From the sequence record OR525702.1: 64,000 bases of DNA; one strand, 5' to 3'. The notes under the pieces are model-generated. The model was not told where the DNA came from, ran no database searches, and saw only the letters and a list, made by a program, of their open reading frames with translations. Each line of letters begins with the position of its first letter. The first letter of the stretch is position 1. The stretch comes from Escherichia phage vB-Eco-KMB23. Of this stretch, positions 19,670 through 27,617 are shown piece by piece. The translations under genes and the position numbers were made by a program.

Positions 19670-20638
19670 TTATTTCAGAAGAGTAACCTCAGCGATTTCT
19701 TCCCAACCGTTTTTGTCGGTCATAATAAAGTCAGCAAGATAAAGAGCAGTACGCAGTGAAACATTGCGTAAACGATTAACATTGACTTTCATCCATGATA
19801 ATGCTTTATAAGTTTCTTCATCAGAAAGACCACGCTTTTGCATCATGTCAGTTGAAAGAATAACATCTTCAACCCTGACCATAATTTCTTCATTAGTGTG
19901 AACACCCAAATCCAAATAAACTGAGCGGGACACTAATGCTTGTAAATGTGGAGCAAGTTTAGTACCACGGTCTAATTCGCGGTCAATGTCAACGTTTGTG
20001 ATAAAAACAATCGTTCCTTTAAATTCAAACTCACGCTCAATGCCTTTTTCTTCTAAGTAAGAAGATGCGGTGCTCCAGCAGACTTTACGGGTCTCTCCAG
20101 TGTCCAGAGCAGCTTTCAGAAGATTAAGAATGTCCATATCAGAGAAAACATCCACATCATCAATCAAAAGGACAGAATTCTCTTCACGATTATTCCAAAG
20201 CTGCTCATAAAGACCAATACCAGAGATTTTACCATTAATGCTTTTATATTCAATGTATCCAATATCATTTGCTTTATTTAAAGCTTTATCTAAAGAATAC
20301 GTTTTACCAATACCTGCTGCACCAGAGATAATTAATGAACGAATGTTTCCGTTAATAATACCATTCGTCATCATTCCCATAACATTAAATCTTTTATTAA
20401 TGCGGGTTTTCATATCTTCATACGATTCTTTAACTTCTTCAACTTTTACACCATCATATGAAATGTCTGATTTGTAAACCCAAACACCGCGACGTTTACC
20501 GTCAATTTCAACAAAAACTTTACCATCTCCTTGTGCATCTACCGGAGCATTATCTGGGAACCATTCGCCTAAGAGCTCAAAAGTTCCAGAGATTTCTTTA
20601 CCGAAGTAGATACCCTTATTGATAGTTACAGTTTTCAT
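19670..20638 (-). CDS. P-loop ATPase (AAA-like), about 322 aa
   Basis: Walker A ISGAAGIGKT, Walker B VLLIDDVD, sensor-like IVFITN; start taken at MKTVTINK (GGAG RBS), ORF track adds 4 codons. Confidence 0.65.
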   Translation of the reverse strand: MKTVTINKGIYFGKEISGTFELLGEWFPDNAPVDAQGDGKVFVEIDGKRRGVWVYKSDISYDGVKVEEVKESYEDMKTRINKRFNVMGMMTNGIINGNIRSLIISGAAGIGKTYSLDKALNKANDIGYIEYKSINGKISGIGLYEQLWNNREENSVLLIDDVDVFSDMDILNLLKAALDTGETRKVCWSTASSYLEEKGIEREFEFKGTIVFITNVDIDRELDRGTKLAPHLQALVSRSVYLDLGVHTNEEIMVRVEDVILSTDMMQKRGLSDEETYKALSWMKVNVNRLRNVSLRTALYLADFIMTDKNGWEEIAEVTLLK

Positions 20639-20672
20639 TTTATTCTCCAAATCCGTATCAGTTGATAGTTGT

Positions 20673-20702
20673 ATAGTACCATAAAGCTTTATGCTTGTAA
20701 AC
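20673..20702 (-). promoter_or_regulatory. T4-type early promoter upstream of P-loop ATPase gene
   Basis: Minus strand aaaaatttttcacaaaactGTTTACa ... TACTAT; same motif family as the other early promoters. Confidence 0.5.
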
Positions 20703-20726
20703 AGTTTTGTGAAAAATTTTTGAAAT

Positions 20727-20750
20727 AAAAAAGGGAGCCCGAAGGCTCCC
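20727..20750 (-). terminator. Rho-independent terminator after NTase gene
   Basis: Minus strand GGGAGCCTTCGGGCTCCC followed by TTTTTT. Confidence 0.7.
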
Positions 20751-20752
20751 TA

Positions 20753-21766
20753 TCATTTATAATAACTTCGGTGGTTTTCAAGATAGACCTTCTCAAGGAA
20801 GTCATCCCAGAAACTCATGTCTACTGTTTTAGGCATACCATTCTTAGAAGCTTCAGTAGATGCTGCTTCTACTTGATCGACCACATCTTCCAAAAACTCT
20901 TGAACTGTTTTAAATGGATGTTTACCCAACTTCACGTCGAGAATAAATGGAGCATCTTGGAGTGGATAAATCAAGTCGCCAGTTTTGTAAATTTCCAATA
21001 GTTGAAGTCCACCACGACAAGCATGACTTAGTGCTTTCCAATCAATACCTTCATTAGCTTCGGCCTTACGAGCACGTTCACCATATTCAGCATCTAATTT
21101 GTTCAGTGACTGCTTAAGCTCAATAAGAGAAAGCGTTGTCTGATATTTACGACCCAGCACTGTATAGAACGTTTGTGGACCTGTTTTCTCATGATTATGG
21201 AATACCCATTCACAGAATTCGTTCTCTGGAAGACGATGCTTAATATCTTCAACTTTAGTACGACGCTGCTTAATGGAACCGTCTTCTTGGTAATCAACCC
21301 ATTGCTCAGGGATTTGATTAACTACTTTCAATACATCACGTAATGCAGCCAAACGAGAACCCTTGACGCCGTATTTAGAAGCTTGCTTGCGGACATATCC
21401 TAAATAGGATTTCATGTTAGTCGTATAAAAACGAGAACGGTTGTCTTGAATAAACTTCCACACATCAGGCAAATCAGATTTAACCACTAGTTCAGGTGGA
21501 GTGTGAAGCATATCCAATGCTACAGTTTCACCATCTGCTGCTAATTTAAAGAAATATTTAAGACTGTATAGTTCATGGTCAATATCATCTTTAGTGTTTT
21601 TAGATGATGTGTTGTTAGTGTTTTTACTCATGTGCTCTTTGACATTTCCGATAAGAATATCACGAGCAGGAGGAACAAAGATTTCTTTAAAATCTACATC
21701 AGATTCTGGGGTAGAAGTTCCATAAAGATGACTACCAAAATAGCTTTTCATTACTGTTTTCATCAT
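20753..21766 (-). CDS. Predicted pol-beta-superfamily nucleotidyltransferase, 337 aa
   Basis: N-terminal motif YFGSHLYGTSTPESDVDFKEIFV (GS...[DE]h[DE]h NTase signature); followed by strong terminator hairpin. Confidence 0.55.
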   Translation of the reverse strand: MMKTVMKSYFGSHLYGTSTPESDVDFKEIFVPPARDILIGNVKEHMSKNTNNTSSKNTKDDIDHELYSLKYFFKLAADGETVALDMLHTPPELVVKSDLPDVWKFIQDNRSRFYTTNMKSYLGYVRKQASKYGVKGSRLAALRDVLKVVNQIPEQWVDYQEDGSIKQRRTKVEDIKHRLPENEFCEWVFHNHEKTGPQTFYTVLGRKYQTTLSLIELKQSLNKLDAEYGERARKAEANEGIDWKALSHACRGGLQLLEIYKTGDLIYPLQDAPFILDVKLGKHPFKTVQEFLEDVVDQVEAASTEASKNGMPKTVDMSFWDDFLEKVYLENHRSYYK

Positions 21767-22224
21767 TCAGCCTTATATTCAATAACAGGACATACTTTAG
21801 CTTTACGAGCTTTTAAAAATTCAACGATAATCGATTTCTTGGGTTGAATAGGAGGTAAACCTTTATTTTTCCTATCAATGTTTTCTACGTGTAAAGCATA
21901 ATCCTTTTTCCATTTATAATCTTTATATTTTTCACGCAAATGTACAGGAATAACAAATGAACCAATAATAAGTAAAACAACCAAAAGCGCAAGTATAAAT
22001 GCTGATGGAAGCAAAGTCCATAAACTACCAAAAATAAGCCAACGCTGTAAACTTTCTGCACAAATAATTGTTAGCCCTACGAGTATAGCACACCCAAAAA
22101 TAGAAACGAAAAATGTAGGGATAACAATAGACCAAAAATATGCGCATAGTGTCTTAGGTCGTTGCCATTCATCGTTAAACAATTTGAATAATTTATAGTG
22201 CCAAGAGTTTTCATTAATAATCAT
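21763..22224 (-). CDS. Membrane protein, 153 aa
   Basis: Several hydrophobic helices; stop overlaps the NTase start (ATGA). Confidence 0.55.
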   Translation of the reverse strand: MIINENSWHYKLFKLFNDEWQRPKTLCAYFWSIVIPTFFVSIFGCAILVGLTIICAESLQRWLIFGSLWTLLPSAFILALLVVLLIIGSFVIPVHLREKYKDYKWKKDYALHVENIDRKNKGLPPIQPKKSIIVEFLKARKAKVCPVIEYKAE

Positions 22225-22226
22225 AA

Positions 22227-22748
22227 CTATCCTTTCATTGAAGGCGTAACAGTTGTTAAATACTTAATCATAGCTTCAGCTTCTGATTTTGATAGTGAAA
22301 TTTCTTCACCGTTTTGGCGAATAGAAACAAAATCTGGATGACGATCACCACCAGCTTTTAAAACACACATATAAGTATCAGCTTCGCCTTCAATATTTGA
22401 AATGATTGAAGCAGTTCCACATGAATGCGGTTTTTGATAAATCAATACAGCTTTTCTTCCACCATTTGACTGTTCATAGGCTTTTAATACATCAAACAAA
22501 TCAGTTCTTTTATCAATAGCTAAGATGTTATTTTCATCTTCAATATTAAATCCTTCGGATACTTCATAAAGAGTTACCCATAAATCACCGATGTCAATAA
22601 CAGCATTTACTTTTCCACGGCTTTCAAGAGTATGACAAATTTTCTTGATTTCGTCATAACTCATTTTAATAATATCATCTCCTTGACTAAGGAAGATGTC
22701 ATTTTTAAATTCAACACGAATTAAACCACTTCCACTTGAAATAAACAT
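22227..22748 (-). CDS. Hypothetical protein, 173 aa (paralog of 22755..23321)
   Basis: Shares C-terminal motif SKSEAEAMIKYLTTVTPSM with the neighbour's TKDEAIALKTYLDSVIPTM. Confidence 0.55.
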   Translation of the reverse strand: MFISSGSGLIRVEFKNDIFLSQGDDIIKMSYDEIKKICHTLESRGKVNAVIDIGDLWVTLYEVSEGFNIEDENNILAIDKRTDLFDVLKAYEQSNGGRKAVLIYQKPHSCGTASIISNIEGEADTYMCVLKAGGDRHPDFVSIRQNGEEISLSKSEAEAMIKYLTTVTPSMKG

Positions 22749-22754
22749 ATTTCC

Positions 22755-23321
22755 TCACTTTGAAATCATAGTTGGAATGACAGAATCAAGATAAGTCTTT
22801 AGCGCAATAGCTTCGTCTTTGGTAAATGTGACAATATGTGCTCGAAAATCATCAATTTGACGAATAGTTAAGACATCTCCTTCTTCATAACATTTTGATA
22901 CATTTAAAACAGTTTCATCATTCTGATCGCACTGATCGCAAGCGTTAGTAATAATAGCATTGCAATTTTTAAGCCATTTTAAACTATGTTTTCTTTCATT
23001 AGAATAATAAAAATATTTAATGTAAGTTATAAAATTATCCCAATTATTAATTGATAAGCATATTGACTCGCTTTTAATATTAAATCCTGGGCATGAAGAA
23101 TAAAAATGAATTTTATGCTCATCATTAATGCTTACAATTTTATCAGTGTAAGCGTATTCAATTTGGGTTAAACGAACAATTTCACTAGGTGTAAAATATA
23201 GCATATCGTCTTCTTGCGTCAAACGATACATGTTATTTACTTTTTCTATAGCCAATTCGCCAAAAAGCGGACTAACTTCTAATACTAATCGTTTCATATT
23301 GATTCTCTTCGACTCACTCAC
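22755..23321 (-). CDS. Hypothetical protein, 188 aa, GTG start (or ATG at MKRLV)
   Basis: ORF track; paralogous C-terminus to 22227..22748. Confidence 0.55.
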   Translation of the reverse strand: MSESKRINMKRLVLEVSPLFGELAIEKVNNMYRLTQEDDMLYFTPSEIVRLTQIEYAYTDKIVSINDEHKIHFYSSCPGFNIKSESICLSINNWDNFITYIKYFYYSNERKHSLKWLKNCNAIITNACDQCDQNDETVLNVSKCYEEGDVLTIRQIDDFRAHIVTFTKDEAIALKTYLDSVIPTMISK

Positions 23322-23323
23322 AA

Positions 23324-23428
23324 TTACATACTCCTTTGAATAATATCAATAATGTTGTTCACCAGATTATAAGTAAACATTGGGTAATTATATTGAATCA
23401 TCACATACACAACAAACAAAACTTTCAT
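23324..23428 (-). CDS. Candidate 34-aa hydrophobic peptide (MKVLFVVYVMIQYNYPMFTYNLVNNIIDIIQRSM)
   Basis: Below ORF-track cutoff; found by manual translation; AAGGAG RBS 6 nt upstream of ATG, immediately downstream of an early promoter. Confidence 0.3.
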   Translation of the reverse strand: MKVLFVVYVMIQYNYPMFTYNLVNNIIDIIQRSM

Positions 23429-23444
23429 TCTCTTCTCCTTGACA

Positions 23445-23486
23445 GTTGACAAGATTACTATACCATAACCTTGTCAACTTGTAAAC
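23445..23486 (-). promoter_or_regulatory. Early promoter with overlapping dyad symmetry, start of the NTase operon
   Basis: Minus strand GTTTACA -35 and TATAGT -10; 9-bp inverted repeat GTTGACAAG/CTTGTCAAC (23445-23453 and 23470-23478) brackets the -10. Confidence 0.45.
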
Positions 23487-23488
23487 CA

Positions 23489-23662
23489 TTAAATGACGTT
23501 TTCAATAAAATTCTGAAGCTTTGTATGAGCATCAACCATGATTTTCATTTCTTCTTTGGCGAAAGCTGTACCTCTTTCCCGAGAAGAACATTCATAATCA
23601 GAAACTGCATTAGCATATTCTTCAATTAGCTTCATTAAAAACATCTGCTTTTCAGTTTTCAT
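23489..23662 (-). CDS. Candidate 57-aa small protein (MKTEKQMFLMKLIEEYANAV...)
   Basis: Below ORF-track cutoff; manual translation; start overlaps stop of upstream gene (coupling); coordinates approximate. Confidence 0.3.
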   Translation of the reverse strand: MKTEKQMFLMKLIEEYANAVSDYECSSRERGTAFAKEEMKIMVDAHTKLQNFIENVI

Positions 23663-23846
23663 TATTCCACCTAATCATTTCAAGGTATTGAACTAACTTA
23701 GCTTTGGATTTATCCAAATCCTTTTTAGCTGCTTCTATACCATCGTATGAGTATCCTTCACAATGCTCAACTGCCAATTGGTATGAATCTATTTCAACAT
23801 CACGTGCTAATTTAATGATTTTTTCAAACTGTTCACGTGTTAGCAT
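23652..23846 (-). CDS. Hypothetical small protein, 64 aa (EQ-K family)
   Basis: ORF track; N-terminus MLTREQFEKIIKLARDV. Confidence 0.45.
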   Translation of the reverse strand: MLTREQFEKIIKLARDVEIDSYQLAVEHCEGYSYDGIEAAKKDLDKSKAKLVQYLEMIRWNNEN

Positions 23847-23848
23847 AC

Positions 23849-24052
23849 TTAAACTCTCGTATTATGATCGATAATTTCATCAAGAAACATATCTAAAGCT
23901 TCTACAGCATTATCAACTTTAGCTTCAAGTTCTTCAGCACCTTTATTTGCAATGCCTGACGAAAACCAAGCAAAGTCACTAAGTTCCTCATCTGCTTTGC
24001 GAATTAAAGCTACCAATTCCTTAATTTTATCCGCTTGTTCGATACTAATCAT
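23849..24052 (-). CDS. Hypothetical small protein (start adjusted to [16 protein letters not shown])
   Basis: ORF track gives 23849..24088; internal Met avoids overlap with upstream gene. Confidence 0.45.
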   Translation of the reverse strand: MISIEQADKIKELVALIRKADEELSDFAWFSSGIANKGAEELEAKVDNAVEALDMFLDEIIDHNTRV

Positions 24053-24240
24053 TATTCCACCACATATGAAAGAGAGAATATTGCACACGCCATGTGAGTT
24101 GCAACTTCATCACACATATTATAACGTTTCTTAAGAAGTTCTACAAGTTCTTCACTAGTAACTTCATCCATGTCGACGAAAAAATCACCATTAATGATGA
24201 CGTAGATATTTCCTTCTTGATTGAGTGCTTCAATTTTCAT
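24052..24240 (-). CDS. Hypothetical small protein (start adjusted to [10 protein letters not shown])
   Basis: ORF-track start lies inside a promoter; internal ATG preceded by GAGGAG RBS. Confidence 0.45.
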
Positions 24241-24268
24241 GATGTTCTCCTCTTTATCCGATAGTTGT

Positions 24269-24298
24269 ATAGTATCACAGCTCAAACGGAAAGTAAAC
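24269..24298 (-). promoter_or_regulatory. T4-type early promoter
   Basis: Minus strand GTTTAC ... TACTAT; downstream GAGGAG RBS. Confidence 0.5.
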
Positions 24299-24308
24299 CG
24301 GTAAAATG

Positions 24309-24330
24309 AAAAAAGTCTCCCGAAGGAGAC
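24309..24330 (-). terminator. Rho-independent terminator
   Basis: Minus strand GTCTCCTTCGGGAGAC followed by TTTTTT. Confidence 0.7.
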
Positions 24331-24335
24331 TAATG

Positions 24336-24722
24336 TTATTCGAGGGAAAGAAGATACTTACTCTGGTAAAACATTCCAGTAATATCATCTATCGTGCTTT
24401 GAATGGCTGGAGGCATTTCTTTATAAATGCTGTTAGATTGGTCTAGTATGCGATCAATCATTTTAATTGTGTCGGTAGGAAGTTTACTGGCATCTGGAAT
24501 TGAAGGTGTGTATTTTCTACCAGAATACCCCAAATATTGCTCACCAAATTTATCAATCAAATCTGGCAACTCGGAGAAAATAAAATCGTATGCTTTGTGT
24601 CTAGCATAACTTTTAGTTTCAAAATGTGCAGAATGAAAATAAGCTTGTGCAGCCATTAATAAACCTAAGTATTCATCTGCCTTTGAAGGTTTTCCACTTT
24701 GTGAAAAGTCGCTGAATTTCAT
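24336..24722 (-). CDS. Hypothetical protein, 128 aa, downstream of rI
   Basis: ORF track; followed by terminator hairpin. Confidence 0.55.
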
Positions 24723-25012
24723 TCAGTCTCCAATTTAATGTTCATAATTCTAGCGTATGATTGTGCCATCTCCGCGCCTCGTTCTATACATTCAAAATCA
24801 GAAGAGCACGGGTCATTTTTATAGGTCGTTCTCATAAAACTATAGAACTGTTCAGACGATTCTACGCTTTTATTTTCAAAAAGCATATAAACGTGCCTAA
24901 TACCAGATTCCATAAATTTATCAAAATGAGGATCGACATTCGCTTCAATCGATGGAGATAAAACAAATGACAATCCTAGCATGGCAAAAAGTGCCGTTGC
25001 TTTTAAGGCCAT
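24719..25012 (-). CDS. rI: Lysis inhibition regulator RI (signal-anchored periplasmic protein)
   Basis: 97 aa; N-terminal hydrophobic signal MALKATALFAMLGLSFVLSPSIEA; length and position match T4 rI. Confidence 0.8.
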   Translation of the reverse strand: MALKATALFAMLGLSFVLSPSIEANVDPHFDKFMESGIRHVYMLFENKSVESSEQFYSFMRTTYKNDPCSSDFECIERGAEMAQSYARIMNIKLETE

Positions 25013-25024
25013 AAAGGCCTCCTA

Positions 25025-25237
25025 TCATTTTTGTCCTGTATTTACTTTATGCCGATGCACGGCCTTAACTTTATCAAGGTATTTTTCAAAATTTCGCAAT
25101 CTAGTATAGTCTGCCGGAGATTGATTGAGTGATACTTCTCGACGCAAAGCTGAAATGATATTTCCAACTTCCCTACGAATTTCATCTAATTGAAGCACAG
25201 TAAGATTGCGAAGTTGCTTTTCAGTTAATTGTAGCAT
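25025..25237 (-). CDS. Hypothetical protein, 70 aa
   Basis: ORF track; between tk and rI. Confidence 0.5.
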
Positions 25238-25279
25238 ATATACCCCTTTAGTTAGATAAACCTATTTATAACTTTTGCA

Positions 25280-25861
25280 CTAACCGAGCTTTTTAGTTAA
25301 TTCATTCCAATGTTTTCTGCACAAAGAAACATAAATTTCATCACCAATACAGATTTGATTACCTTCTTTAACTGGTGTTCCATCTTCCATTAATCGAGCT
25401 GTCATAATCGCTTTTTTGCCGCAATGACAAACTGCCTTTAGTTCAATAAGTTTATCTGCAATCGCTAAAAGTTCTTTAGAACCTTCAAACAATTTTCCAG
25501 CGAAATCAGTCCTTAATCCATAAGCCATAACAGGAACATTATATGTATCAACAATTCGGCTTAATTGGTGCACCTGTTCAGTTTTTAAAAACTGGGCTTC
25601 ATCTACAAATACGCAATGAATATCTTTTTGTGCTTCAGCCCATTTATAGAACTCGAAAATATCCATATCATCTGTAATAATATTCGCTTCCTGCTTAATT
25701 CCAATGCGAGAAACGACTTCACAGACAGAATCGCGAGTATCAATAGCAGGCTTAAGAACTAATACACTCATTCCACGTTCTTTATAATTATGCGCAGCAG
25801 TCAAAAGAGAAGCAGATTTTCCAGCATTCATTGCTGCATAAGTAAAAATTAAACTCGCCAT
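25280..25861 (-). CDS. tk: Thymidine kinase
   Basis: 193 aa; P-loop YAAMNAGKSASLL; C-terminal zinc-binding Cys pairs. Confidence 0.9.
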   Translation of the reverse strand: MASLIFTYAAMNAGKSASLLTAAHNYKERGMSVLVLKPAIDTRDSVCEVVSRIGIKQEANIITDDMDIFEFYKWAEAQKDIHCVFVDEAQFLKTEQVHQLSRIVDTYNVPVMAYGLRTDFAGKLFEGSKELLAIADKLIELKAVCHCGKKAIMTARLMEDGTPVKEGNQICIGDEIYVSLCRKHWNELTKKLG

Positions 25862-25862
25862 C

Positions 25863-26051
25863 TTAGTCCTTAGTTAAATTTTCTAAATATGTTTCTAAAT
25901 CATTTTCAGCTTTATCGATAGATTTTACTAATTTGTAATATGTTTCGGCATCTCCATATTCAGAAGATATTTCAAAAGACAAATCCTTTTCTAAACTAAT
26001 AATTTCACCAACTAAAAATAATATTTCGTTCTTTTGTTCGCGAGTAATCAT
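25863..26051 (-). CDS. Hypothetical small protein, 62 aa (EQ-K family)
   Basis: N-terminus MITREQKNEILFLVGEI. Confidence 0.45.
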   Translation of the reverse strand: MITREQKNEILFLVGEIISLEKDLSFEISSEYGDAETYYKLVKSIDKAENDLETYLENLTKD

Positions 26052-26233
26052 AAGGAATTTATATAATTAATAAGTTCTTGTTCTTTATTATCGAATTCTT
26101 TAGAAAGTTCTTCGTACTCGTTTGCACTAAAAGGACCGCATTCATTACAAACTTTTTCCAATTCGCTATTTTTATCCATAACTTCGTGGATAAGAGAAAA
26201 GAGTTTGTCTTTTTGTTCTTTGCTTAGGCTCAT
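26048..26233 (-). CDS. Hypothetical small protein, 61 aa (EQ-K family)
   Basis: N-terminus MSLSKEQKDKLFSLIHEV. Confidence 0.45.
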   Translation of the reverse strand: MSLSKEQKDKLFSLIHEVMDKNSELEKVCNECGPFSANEYEELSKEFDNKEQELINYINSL

Positions 26234-26399
26234 ATATTAATTTCCAGAAGTTTTAAAATAATTCGCTTTTGCTTAAATATTTCCATAGTTAAATGATCAG
26301 TATCTTTTTGACCAATTCCAATGGCAAAACCTTTATTAGCAGCGAGTTCAATTAAATTATCAAGTTCACGTAACACTTCGTACTGTAACTCAGAACTAT

Positions 26400-26612
26400 T
26401 CATTTCGGTTTACCTTCTTTAACGAAATCTGGATAAGGATAAAATCCCGAATAAAATCCTTCACCTTTATGATTGACGCATCCTTTATTAGAACAATAGC
26501 ACCAATAATCGAAATCACAAGCCATTTCATCGTTGCATAAAGCAAAAACAACCGGCCACTTACACTTTTCACAATGGGCATTTTTAAGAATACTAGTTTG
26601 GCTCATAACCAT
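26400..26612 (-). CDS. Cys-rich small protein, probable zinc binder (likely start at MSQTS, 26606)
   Basis: HCEKCKW...CYCSNKGCVNH; preferred over the overlapping-frame ORF 26396..26581. Confidence 0.45.
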   Translation of the reverse strand: MVMSQTSILKNAHCEKCKWPVVFALCNDEMACDFDYWCYCSNKGCVNHKGEGFYSGFYPYPDFVKEGKPK

Positions 26613-26830
26613 GTCACCTTTAAGCAGTATTCTTCTACATGCTGTTTACGACCTTTCTTATCAATAAAGGTATATTCAACGAATGTTCCAATGTAGTCTT
26701 TATCTACATCATGTGGACTATTAATTGGACATTTAGTACGGCAAATGCGTTCCCATTGACGAATAATTACTGCCTTATTCTTTGGGTCATACGGATGTGG
26801 ATAATGTATATTCATAATAACGGTTCCCAA
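26603..26830 (-). CDS. Hypothetical protein, 75 aa
   Basis: ORF track. Confidence 0.45.
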   Translation of the reverse strand: MGTVIMNIHYPHPYDPKNKAVIIRQWERICRTKCPINSPHDVDKDYIGTFVEYTFIDKKGRKQHVEEYCLKVTWL

Positions 26831-27279
26831 TCAACAATCACAATTTCTAATTTAGAGGAATATGTATCTAAAATCCCCTCAATAATATCCCAGTTCCCTT
26901 TACCCATGCCTGCACCAATCCTAGGCATATAGATTGTAGGTTTAATCAGTTTATTTTCACCAAACTCATTTAATTCTAACATACAATTCATTAAAGCGGA
27001 ATACTCAAAATTTGGCCCCGGTTGAAATTGAGTATAAAGATTGAAGCAGTAAGCTTTATGAGTCCTAAAGTATTTTTCATAGACTGAGTAAGAACCGAGT
27101 TTAGTTACATCGCCCCATTCTGTCTGTAATTTATCAGCTTCCAAAATTTTAGGGAAAGCTTTGGTTAATTGACCCGCTACGCCTGAACCCATAGTATGAA
27201 AACAATTGCATCCATGCGCAATATTTTTACCTTCAGCGAAAAGGGCGACAATATCGCCCTTGATATATTTTACAATCAT
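26812..27279 (-). CDS. TARG1/OARD1-like macrodomain protein (putative ADP-ribose glycohydrolase)
   Basis: KGDIVALFAEGKNIAHGCNCFHTMGSGVAGQL and IYMPRIGAGMGKGNWDII parallel human OARD1 motifs as recalled (AHCISEDCRMGAGIA; MPRIGCGLD). Confidence 0.7.
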   Translation of the reverse strand: MIVKYIKGDIVALFAEGKNIAHGCNCFHTMGSGVAGQLTKAFPKILEADKLQTEWGDVTKLGSYSVYEKYFRTHKAYCFNLYTQFQPGPNFEYSALMNCMLELNEFGENKLIKPTIYMPRIGAGMGKGNWDIIEGILDTYSSKLEIVIVDWEPLL

Positions 27280-27617
27280 CTAGTACTCAATCCTCGATTA
27301 TAAGAATCTACCAAACGGTCAACCATTGAATGACAAGCGGCTTTATCTTTCTCCTCCGCAACTGAACATTCTAAGGTATTCCACTTTTTAGCATATCGTT
27401 TTAACAATGTATCATTTTTGTATCTGCTTGATTTATCTCTTTCTCCGTCTTTATATGCATATATTAATTTCTGCGCAAATTCAGCTTGGCATGCTTTATT
27501 TTTCCCGCAATAATCCGCTGCAGTACGGTTTACATACTCTCTAATTTCAGTATATGATGTATCTGCTAACGCAGAAAATGAAATTAATCCTATACATAAA
27601 ACCAAAATTTTAGTCAT
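27276..27617 (-). CDS. Secreted/periplasmic small Cys-containing protein, 113 aa
   Basis: N-terminal signal peptide MTKILVLCIGLISFSALA; four Cys in mature part. Confidence 0.55.
   Translation of the reverse strand: MTKILVLCIGLISFSALADTSYTEIREYVNRTAADYCGKNKACQAEFAQKLIYAYKDGERDKSSRYKNDTLLKRYAKKWNTLECSVAEEKDKAACHSMVDRLVDSYNRGLSTR

Noticed and set aside
26396-26581. Minus-strand ORF 26396..26581
   Set aside because: Overlaps the Cys-rich ORF 26400..26612 in another frame; the Cys-rich frame has a zinc-binding pattern and the better gene junction.
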